The notes under the pieces: model-generated | Told to the model about the DNA's origin: nothing | Seen by the model: only the letters and a program-made list of their open reading frames with translations | Databases searched by the model: none | Made by a program: the position numbers and the translations under genes | DNA from: Ostrea edulis | Taxonomy: Eukaryota | DNA: 64,000 nt | Direction: 5' to 3' | Assembly: GCF_947568905.1 (NCBI RefSeq) | Contig: NC_079173.1 | Location: 29,636,001-29,700,000 of the forward strand | In this document: piece by piece, positions 24,801 to 37,100 of the stretch | Numbering within the stretch: the stretch's first letter is position 1 | Layout of the letters: every line of letters starts with the position of its first letter

Positions 24801-27800
24801 GTAACTAAAGATGCATTTTTACTTTTAAAGGTTTTGATTTTTGATAATTTAAGAATTTAAGATCAGTTTGTAAAAAATGTCATGAATGATGAAAGAAAGA
24901 ACTCTTATTTTATTAAACAGAGAAAATTTCGACAAAAGAAAAAGGACATCCTAGAGGGATATGAACCGAAGTCAAGGTTTGGGAGTGCTCTGACAGGACT
25001 AAGTGACATCAACCGGGATTCTTACAATGGTAAAATGCCTGCATTATTTGCCAAGGTTCTTTAGTGTTAAATTGTTATTAATTTGCAATCCTGGAAATGT
25101 GTATGGTAACGTTGCAGATTTAGCAGTTGGCGCACCTTACGGAGGAATAGAGGGGCGGGGTGTGGTGTACATCTATGTTGGTTCGATGGACGGAATCATT
25201 ACGGAGGTTTCACAAATCCTGCATGGGCAAGCTCTCGGTTACTACCTCTCCACGTTCGGTTTCTCCCTCTCTGGGGGCTACGACCTGGACAAAAATGGCT
25301 ACCCAGGTTAGTCAGAGGGAGTTCTTATTTGCACAATATTGGTCGTAATTTTATTTTCATGCATATACTTCTGCTCAAAAGTGTTTAGGAGTAGAAAATA
25401 ACAGTACTGCATGCATATACGGAGAAACACGCTTATAGTGATATGTGCTGGGAGACAATCAGTTTTGATTGGTCAGAAAAGTAATTTATATATCCAATGT
25501 CAGTTCATTACATGTTCATATGCTTTAAAACTACAGGAAATGAAAATCACTTCGCTGTAAGCATGAATTCATTATAAGTGTGTTCTCTGTAACAGTGTTT
25601 TACTGTATTCTAACCTAGAGAGATGAAGATGGCTAGGTCACTGCCAGCTAAGGCACCATCTGATTAAATTTTATTCCCATTATAACTCGACATGTCATTA
25701 ATTAAGATAATCATGCTAAATATAAATATACTTCCTGTTTTACAGATTTAGTTGTTGGAGCTTATGAATCAGATACAGCTGTTTTTGTGAAGTAAGATTT
25801 GCTTGCAATTTTTAGTAAAATTATTATATTTAATATCATACTGTGTTATATTAATCCTGAGTATTACATGAGGGCTGTTCGAAAATTTAGTCAAGCATTT
25901 TACGTTTATTTTCTGCTTTTTCCAATGTTAGTTACATGTAGATTAAAAATTTTGCAGAAACAATGTCTGTCTCACTAGAATAAACCAAGCATATATTATG
26001 ATATGTAGCACAATTAATTTAAAAAAAATTCTGTTGCTAAACAGATCCAGGCCAATAGTCCGGGTGGCAGCCAGCTTACGTTTGGATCCAGATATCATTA
26101 AATTAGAGGAAAGGAACAAAAACTGTCATATTGGGGATGACACATATAAAATCCATGTCCCTTGGTAGGTGATTTCAAGGCCAATGATTTCAATGATGAT
26201 GATTTCAATGATGATGATTTTAATGATGATCATTTCAATGACAGATAAGGTAGATGTTGGTTGAGTATCTTTTTATGGTGGCCTAAGATGTACACATTAT
26301 TTAAAATTTTGACTCTAGTAATATCCAAAAAAAAATTCTTTAGCCGCCAAAAAACGAAGCAAGTTTTCCCAGCACTTCAAATTAAAAATCACCAGATATG
26401 AATAGCGACATGTGTACGTTTACATACAGTGTATAGAGGATATTAGTATATAGTAATCCTGATATTTTGGAATAATTATAGGTCTGATGTTTTATCAAAC
26501 TTGTTTAAGAGAATGTCAGAGTGACATCTTTGTTAATTTCTTGACTTATTACATTCAAGGACAGTGTTGATTGTAGAGGGCGTGTCTTGTCAGTTTGATA
26601 GTGCAGACATGCATGTGTTTGACTTATTACATTAAAGGACAGTGTTGATTGTAGAAGGTGTGTCTTTTCAGTTTGATTGTGCGGACCTGTGTGGAATACA
26701 ATGGTGAAGGAGTCAGTAATGAGCTAGGTAAGAGACCTTACAGTCATAAAAATACTACCACAACATCCCCCTATAGTCATAAAAATACTACAACATCCCC
26801 CTGTAGTCATAAAATACTACCACAACATCCCCCTATAGTCATAAAAATACTACCACAACATCCCCCTATAGTCATAAAAATACTACCACAACATCCCCCT
26901 ATAGTCATAAAAATACTACTACAACATCCCCCTATAGTCATAAAAATACTACCACAACATCCCCCTATAGTCATAAAAATACTACCACAACATCCCCCTA
27001 TAGTCATAAAAATACTACCACAACATCCCCCTATAGTCATAAAAATACTACCACAACATCCCCCTATAGTCATAAAATACTACAACATCCCCCTATAGTC
27101 ATAAAAATACTACCACAACATCCCCCTATAGTCATAAAAATACTACCACAACATCCTCCTGTGGTAAATATTAGAGCTGTCATATTGCGCATGAACATTT
27201 CTTGTGACAAGATCTTTCCACTGGTACCAATGCAAGGTGAAGATAACGAACAGTGATCAATCTCATAACTCCTACAAGCAATACAAAATAGATAGTTGGG
27301 CAAACACGGACCCCTGGACACACCAGAGGTGGGATCAGGTGCCTAGGAGGAGTAAGCATCCCCTGTTGACCGGTCACACCCGCCGTGAGCCCCATATCCT
27401 GATCAGGTAAACAGAGTTATCCGCGGTCAAAATCAGTGTGCCAAGAACGGCTTAACAATCGGTATGAAACACGTCAGACAGCATTTGACCCAATGTGAGG
27501 TTGTATTGACGAACTAGATCGTTATAACAACCATAGAATTTGCGAAATGCTGACTTCAATCGAGACTGTTGAAATCCCTGTACCATCAACTTGTTTGTCA
27601 GTAGCTTATCTCGATTTAAAAACTGACTATACTCAGAACAAGCTCTTGCATATCGAATCAATTGAGATATATAAACACCATATGCAGGTGATAAATGGAA
27701 TATTGCTACACAAATATGGGAAGTTGACGATGGAGAAGCTGAAATCATCCCGTTTGTCATACAGTTGAGTTGTCAGTTTTCCATTAATGTCTACTTTCAA

Positions 27801-28163
27801 TAAAATATCTAAGTATGAAGCAGAAGTGGACGACTCTGTGGTGTCCTTTATTTTGAGCTCACAGGGATATATCAAGTCGACATATGAATGAAAGCTATCA
27901 TTGTTAATAGACAAAACGTCATCGATATATCTAAAAGTTGAATTGAAGGTCACAGGGAGAGATTCTTTCTTCTCACGTAGAAGTTTTTTAATAAATTCTT
28001 CTTCATATGAATATAAAAACAGGTCAGCTAACAAAGGAGCACAATTCGTGCCCATGGAAATTCCAACAGACTGTTGGAAGACCTGATCACCAAAGACCAC
28101 GAAGATATTGTCAACTGGTACCAAGTTATTTGTCCTTGTGACCGTGACCATCTTTGGAATTGA

Positions 28164-28194
<31 letters not shown>

Positions 28195-31100
28195 GCATCT
28201 TGTTTCTTCCTGAAGTTTGCTTGATTATCGAGTGAATGCAATACTTATTGATTTTTCTGTCATAAATATATTGGTTGGAATGCAGTTAGGATTTCTTTAA
28301 ATTAGTATAATGACAAGAGTTATCTGCCCTTAATGATGGGTCATATTGTGACAAGAATTGTGAAAGGGTATTTCAGATGGGTTACATTGTGTCTGTGATA
28401 GAATATTATAAATAATTACAACCAACGTCATTGCAAACTCAGTTTTGTAGTTTGACATATATAATCAGTCTGATTCAGTCATTCTCAATAAATAAAAGAG
28501 AATTAATTTACCGATGATCCCTTAAATTTGATGTGCCACCCTCTCTGATTTTCCATGGACATCGTCTTCAATTTTTGAGGAAATGTAAACCTTCCTGACT
28601 ACTTTTGTCTGTAATTTAATTTTAAACTAATAACTTGTTACCTATGTTTGTAATTTGATTTCAAATAAATAGCGCATTACTTAATTTGTCTGTAATTTGA
28701 TTTTAAACAAATAGGTCATTACTTTTGTCTGTAATTTGATTTCAAACAAATAGCGCATTACTTAATTTGTCTGTAATTTGATTTTAAACAAATAGCTCAT
28801 TACTTTTGTCTGTAATTTGATTTTAAATAACTCATTACTTTTTCCATGTTTGGGCAGTAGTAAGTTGTATGAAATTAAGTTTTATGAACAAGTTTTATAT
28901 TTTGAGAATCATTGTATGAACAGCAGATTAATGTCTAAATATTTGGACAGAATTTGACTTTTTCTGGACACTGGATGCGAGGAAAAATATTTCCAAAAGG
29001 ATGTTTCAATACCAGACTCAGCAGCCGGAGGTTTCAGAACTCAGCCTTAAACTGACAAAGCAGGAGGTCTTCTGTCACGACTTCATAGTGTATATATTGG
29101 TAGGTGTCTGTTTTAAGGAGGTACTCTACATCGTCATAATGGCCGACTTTCTTTTAAAACATGGATGAAAAAAGAAATATCAGCAATATTTGTCTATTCA
29201 TTAAAAAAAATTCTCACCTAGCTGAGTAGCTCAGTAGGTTAGCAAGTCAACTGCTGAACAGTAGATCGTGTGTTCGAGACCAGCAGGGGTTTTTAATTTT
29301 TTCTCAGTTTGCTTTCAACTAAAACTGTATTTTTTGACTAAATAAAGTAAATTTGAAAGTTTTCAATTTCAAAATATTGTTGTACATATCCTTCTTTATT
29401 CATCCATATAAATTTTTTCTGGTCTAGCATGCATCCTTAAGAAATGAATTTTATGATTCCTTTCTTGATGCAGGTATCATAGGAAAAATTGAACGGAAAA
29501 CTTCATCAATGTGCGTAATGCATCGATGAAAGAGCTTTACGTCCAATTTTCCCTGTGATATCACAATCAAGAAAAGAATTATAAGATTAATTTCTTATGA
29601 TTTAATTATCATTTAAATATTCTAAAACATGGAGTTTAAACAATAAAACATGATTTTGTTTTCAAATTCAGAAGACGTTTCAATAGTGAATACACAACAT
29701 GAAGTCAAAATTAGGTTTTTCTTTGATCCAGAAATTAAACAAATTTTTTTAGCCAATCAAAATCGCCATAATTTCATCAACTTGAAGATGAATATTAAAT
29801 GATATATAAATCTATGCACCAGAGTTTTTAAAAGCATAAGGAATTCTAAGTGAAGACAGGTGACCATTTTTGTGCTGTAGTTGACATTATTTATTTATTA
29901 CATTTAGCAGATGATTTTATCAACTGCTCTTCTTGTATTATTTGATTTATAAAAAAATTTCTGATCAGTTGTAGTTACAAATGTGACATATATCCTTGTC
30001 AAGCCTTTTGACACAAAATCCTGAAGTTAAAGAATCTGTTTTCTATATATATATATATATTGATAAGTATGCTTGTGATTTTGCAGATAAAAAACTGCAG
30101 TTGATGAAATTTAATGAAAATTATTGGATATGTTTACAGAACAACATAAGAGACAAGTTAACTCCAATAGATGTCTCCTTCTCATATCGTCTGGTTAGTG
30201 ATGACGAAGTCACAGGTCGGAAGAAACGTCAGACGGCCCAAAGGACAATACCTCCGATTCTGGACAAATACATCCCATCCACAGTCACTGTGGAGGTAGG
30301 ATATCCCATTCACATCAGAGAAATATTGATGAATTACAGTTGCACTTTGGTGTCTCGAATATCATGGATATGTCGAAGTGATTAGGAAGTCCCAACCATT
30401 TATTCTTCAAGTCTATTGCTCTCAGATATTTCAAAGTTTTTTCTTGGTCATTTGAGATAACGAGGTTTGACTGTAGTAGTAAATTTTCATTGTGGATAAA
30501 TAAAATGGGAAGCCCCCCAAAAATGTGCATTGTTGTCAAGGGAGGATAACTGAGTATGATTTTACAACACTTATTGAATTTTGTAGGGAAAAATTAGCAA
30601 AAATTGTGGAGATGATGAGCGTTGTATTCCTGACCTATCGGTCCTGGCTGAAAGAGTGGAACCGTAAGTGTAGTGGATCTTAGCAAGGAATATTCTGCTT
30701 CATGAAGTATGCAAGTATGAAGCAATCGCAGTTCATACCTGCATGTATTTTCATGTTAATGAAATTTATATCTTATACATGTATTTACGTTCTACTTTCA
30801 TTTCTGTCGAATTTCAAGTCGTTAATAGATGTACTATATTTAACAAGATTCATACGTGCATGGTTCACAACTACATTGCATTCATGAGGAAATGGCTATA
30901 ATTACAATTGGTAAAGATATTAATAACAAACAGATGTGTCGGCATGACACGAATGCCCCCGCCTATGTAGGAAATTCATCGAAGTACAGCATTGAATGTG
31001 GTATTCAGATTGTATGTTTAATACACACATTTAGTACAATGATGAACTCAACAACAATCCTTTATATGTTTTAACAGCCTTAGAATAAATACATTAATTT

Positions 31101-34100
31101 TTCTACGTTAAAGGGGAACAACTCCATCAAAATCAACAAACAGGAACAACAACAAAAAACTCAAACTGGGGTCTGTAACTCATCAATATACATCTGCATA
31201 CAAAAAATCAGTTCAATATCTCAAGGCGTTTAGAAAAAAAGCCCGGAAAACTGGTCCCAACAGTAATTTTTCTAAGTTAAGGGACATCAATTCCATCAAA
31301 AATCAACAAACTGGAACAAAACTTAAACTTAATCTGTAACTCATCAATATACACCTGCATACAAAAAAAATCAATTCAATATCTCAAGGCGTTTTAGATA
31401 AAAGGAGGGACAGAAGCTGTAGGATGGACAAGGGTTAACTATATGCCCGACCTCTATGTGGCAGGGGCATACAAACATCGGAAATGTAATATTCATTAAT
31501 GATGTAGCAAGTATTGAAGGCCGGGCTTTTATTAAGTGGGGGATTGGCTTGTTCCATACATCCCAAAAGCTCCCTATTGCTATTTGTAATTTTTAAAATA
31601 AATGTAGCAGAAGAAAGTTAGTGTACAGTAAATATTGATTGCAGCACAATATTCTTTTGTTTAAGGTTTGCCAAGCCTATAGAAGTCGGAAGTTCTAATG
31701 AAGAAATCGAGATTAGCATTACAGTGAGAAATTCTGGACCAATGGCAGAGGACTCGTACGAGACAATGCTTTATGTGGAACTACCGGAGGGAATGTTGTA
31801 CAGTGGCATTACCAATACAAATGCTGTATGTTAAAAATATTCAAGTATAATATTCCAATGTTATTTATTACAATTGTTTTGATTGAACAAAAATAATGCC
31901 AAACGAGAATTTACACATCAATAAATCCCAAAAAGCTATGTATTCATACGCGCCTGAAAACAAATAACATAGTGCGGGGAAACTATTCTTTTAGAAATTG
32001 TAAATACAGTGAACAAATTGAAGTTATAAGTATCAAACATTATTTTTGAAGAATTTATCGATGTGTAAACTCGATCCAGACATTTCACTCACAATCTTAA
32101 CATAAAAGTGTGCTTAGGATACATATGTAGTAATTATGGCTATACAGACCGTGGATATCGGCCTGGATAGCTCAGTGGTTAGAACACCTGACTAGTAATG
32201 CATGGGTCCCGGGTTCGATTCCCGGTACAGCCACAGATTTTCTGCTCTCTCCTATACTACATTTGGTGCCGTTGACCACCCCTGAATTTGCAGGTTGTTC
32301 TGCCAGGGGCAAAATGAACCTGGGTTAATATTGGAAGACAATTATAAAATTATAATTGATCTTAAGGAGGGAGGAATGTAGTAATTAGGGCTATACGGAC
32401 CGTGGATATCGGCCTGGATAGCTCAGTGGTTAGAGCACCTGACTAGTAATGCAGGGGTCCCGGGTTCGATTCCCAGTCCAGCCAAAAATGTTCTTCTCTT
32501 TTCTTTATATACTACACATATTACCTCTGTCTCAGAGGTGCATAAATACGTGTATTGATATCATGGCAATATGTTAAGAGACACAATTTATTTATTTTTA
32601 TGTTTTTGTGTGATTTTTGTAGGCAGTAGCTTTGACCTGCAATTACAGGGCCATCAACACATCTCCGTTTGTTATCTGCGACATAGGAAATCCAATGCCA
32701 GCCCGAGCCAAGGTAATTAGGTCTGCATTCCTAGGGCCCATTTTACAAAACAATTTACGACAAAGTCACAAGTCTTAAATTGTATTACACTGTTATTACT
32801 TTGAGTGAATGAAGTAAAACTATTCTGAGGCTTAATTTTCAACATTTTAAAAAAAACTATTTTGCATTTGAAGTGAATGATCTTACAATAAACTGGAAAA
32901 TTCCAGTATGTAAAGTTGGTTGTAAGTCATAAGTTCTTTTGTAAAACGTGCCCCTGAACAGTTAAAATTCTCCATTCACACAGAAACTCTATGTGTTATT
33001 AGCAGTACAGGGCACAGATAAATATTGAAATTACTGTTCTTTGTGCAGGTATTAGTACGAAATATCTTAGCAGGACAGGGACAGTAAAAAAAAATTAATA
33101 TTTGTGTTTATTTACTGAAACTAATTTCTTGAAATTTGTTCCAGACTTATTTCACTCTGCTGGTAACTCCTAACAATACAGATGGATTGACGGACAAGCT
33201 AGCATTCAAATTCAATGTCAACAGGTACTGATAAATGTTCTTATTCGTGATAAATCTTTAATGACAGGATTCCCTTGTTTTTGATGGAATTTCTCCAGTC
33301 CATCTAAAGTTCACTGTAACATACTTATTAGCTTTTGTGATGTTCGATTGTGAAGTACTGTAAAGTCTATACTTTAACACAGTCTTATGTTTGTACCAAT
33401 TGAGCTAAGAGGTTAACACACTAACCAGGGCAAGTTAAGAAGGCCATGTATTGAACACTACCACATATATACTCATGAATTTAAATCCTCTACTGGCTCA
33501 AGAAACCTGCAGTACAGTGAAGAAGACACTTCAACCACACAATCATGTCAACACTAACATATTGTTTTTATTAAACCACAAAACTATGGGAATTTGACTG
33601 ACCCACAGAAATGAATGCTGCAACAATATGACTTTGACATGACCTATGACCTTGAGTTTAGTTCAGCATGTGGCTTGGGAATGGTATAATACAAAAATTG
33701 GACTATACAATATTAACATGTTAACACAATTGTCCAAAACTCTTGTCAAGGTTACTTATCCTTCCCAAGGTCATGTATGCAATCCAGGCGCATACTAGTA
33801 TATGCCCTTTAGTCTAATATCAAAGTCCAAAGTCGCATTGATTACAACAGAAGATTTATATGCCGAATCACTGAAGCAGAAAGGATTTGTTCTGTTTTAA
33901 TACATTAATGCACGATATCCAGTCACATATACAGCGACGTATTTTGCAAACAAAGTTAGATTATATTGGATATAGATTTTTTTTTTACGATTTTTTTTTT
34001 TCAGTTCAAACCCAGAGAACAACACAGATATGTGGGACAATGTGTATACGATGCACATAGAGGTCAGGCAGCGTGCGTTTCTGGAGATTTCTGCGTAAGT

Positions 34101-37100
34101 TTCACGTCCAACTATTATAACTAAATTTTGCTAATGCCATGTAATTCTATCCTTCACAATGTGTGTATAAACATATTTTCATAAACACAATGTGCTCACA
34201 CACACATACATACCATACCTGTGCAGTATCAACCAAGCTTAAGTGAAATAATAAATCCATCAATTTCTAAAAATATCTTTCAAATCAGAGTAATTGACAA
34301 ACGCTTGGTTTGTGTATCGTTTTTCTCTGCCCCCCCCCCCCCCCCCCCCCCCTTCTTTTTATGAATAAGACCATACATGATGGGTATTGTTCAGTTTAAT
34401 AATTTACAGAAATTTGCCTATCTAAAGGAACAGATTATTTAAGGAGGTACTCTACATCGTCATAATGGCTGACTTTCTTTTAAAACATATGGTGGAAAAT
34501 ATAAATATCAGCAATATTTGTCTATACATTTAAAAAATTCTCACCTAGCTGAGTAGCTCAGTAGATTAGCTTGTCAACTGCTGAACTGTAGATCGCATGT
34601 TCGAGTCTAGCAGGGGTTTTAAATTTTTTTCAGATTGCTTTCAACTAAAACTGTATTTTTTGACTAAATAAAGTAAATTTGAAAGTTTTCAATTTCAAAA
34701 TATTGTTGTACATATCCTCCCACTTTTCATCCATATCAAAATTTTTCTGGTGTAGCATACCTCCTTAATATGTGGTTGATTTGCTATATTGCAGAAATTT
34801 AGCTGTTTCAACTGAGCAGGTTATCTACAACGCCACTGGTGTGAATTTGTACAAAGGCACAGGATTTGGTCCAGAAATCATTCACGAGTACAGGGTGTGT
34901 AGTTTTTTGCCAGTGAAGATTTGTTTTCTTGTTGATCGTTTATGACTAAAGGGAAGTAACTCTGAATTCATCCTGGATTCATGTCTTTTAGACAGACATA
35001 GAAGATTTAGTGATCCCAGATACATACTACCTAATTATCTTGATATAAATGATGATTGATTTAGATGTACAATTTGACAAGACAATTTATGGTCTCTGTT
35101 ACAATTGCTTTAGGCTGAGAAACAGTAGAAAATAACTTCTACAGAATAGCAGCTCAGTAATTCAGTTTTCAATTTATTTATTGGCATCACCATGTTGCTT
35201 TAGGCTGAGAAACAGTACTTATTAACTTCTATGGAATAGCAGCTCAGTAATGATACTGTAACAGGAAGGGAGAGAATGCAACGGACCAGGCCGGGATTCG
35301 AACCTGGGCCCCCTGAATCTCTAGTCTGGTGCTCTACCAACTGAGCTATCTGGCCACTGGCGATCGAACCCGGCTGACCGCTACAATACTTTTAAAGTTC
35401 CAACATTGAATTACTGTACATTTCTTAATGACAAGATTATTTACACAGCCAACAAATCAGAAGTAGCTCACTTTCACTGAATGTTGAAACAGCAGATTAA
35501 TCCTTAACGAGGTACTCTACATTGTCATAATCATGGCAACCTTCCTTTTAAAACATGGATAAAAATGTAAATAACAGTTATGTTACTATTTAGATAGGTG
35601 TTTTATGCACAGATGTCAATAAATTGAATTGAATTAATTCAACCATGGGAGTTAATTACAGAACATGTATGAAATCGATATTTAAATTGAATTCTTCCAA
35701 TGAAAGACACCATAGCTTGTCAGTTAAAAATATTTGAATGTATGTACAATTTGATATGATTAATGTGATCAACAGATTTAATATAGTTAACAGTCAAAAC
35801 TATAATTGTCCCGAGGTAGTGGCGAAGACCCGTGAAACTGTTGTCAGAGGCCGTAAATAGTTTTGATTGTTTTTCTAATAGGCATGAAATAATTGTTTTA
35901 TTACCTACTCTGCCAATTGGGCAATAGTCACCAGGAAACAGTTCGTCACATGATCAGGTAATAGTACATATATGTAGGTCATGTGATGAACTGTTTCACC
36001 TCTGCTTATTTTGGGTACCTTTCTCAGCTGATTAAAGTTGGAAAACAGAAAAAAATATGTAATAACAATTTATATAGTAGATTATGTCGATAATGTCGAA
36101 TATGAACCTACAGGTGAGAAATCTTGGACCAACACCAGTAAAGAGTAGTCTAGTCAACATTTACTGGCCGAGCTACGACGACCAGGGGAATCATCTTCTT
36201 AAAATAGACGAAGGGCCGCATGTGCTGTATCCCAATGGGGGTTTCTGTGAAAAACAGCTCCTGTCTCCGGAGAATTCCACGGTATGAGCTAATACAGACT
36301 TGATTTAATGCCTATTTTTACAGTCATATATGCCAAATTTGGAATTCTACCACTAACTTTTCAGAGACCTACATGTATGTATAATAATGGCCAAATTTGG
36401 AATATTCAACAGACTTGAAAATTATCAAATTGGTGAGATTTGAAATATGATTTTTTAACTCATTTGAGCTGAAGGCTCGAGTGAGCTTTCTGATAAAGTT
36501 TTTTGTGAAATGTTTTACATTTTTATCTTCTTCTCGAGAACTACACACGTCAGCCATTTTGGATAAAACATAGCACAAGAGAATATATTGGTGAAGGCAA
36601 TTTGCGATTCAAGTTTGTTCAAATGATATGTTTCATTACAAGGAGATATGATTAAGAAGTACTGTAGTGAAAATAGCTGAAGAACCACCAAACCAGTACA
36701 GCTGGAACTTGTGTGAAATTTTCCTTTCATAGAAAAGATTCAGTTTTGTTCAATGCATGAGTCTTATGGGTAGGGTGGGTCCACAATAAGGGTTCAAATT
36801 TTATTGTTGGAAAACAGTTGTGTGACAAAAGTGAGTTCCATTTCAGTGACCTATCCTTGAGAGAGTCATGCCTAGTAATTTAAAAACAACATTCGTGATT
36901 ATCATGTTTTAAGATATCACCAGCATTTTCTATATTTAACCCCCCCACCCCGCCCCTCCTCTTCCCCTGAAAAAAAATCCATATCAGGAAGTGCATGTAT
37001 ATGCATATTCAGTTAAATTATTTGCTTCAAAACATCAAAATCATTTGGGGGCCCAAAAACCTTATTTTGCCATTTTCACTTGATTTGAATCCACTTTTAG

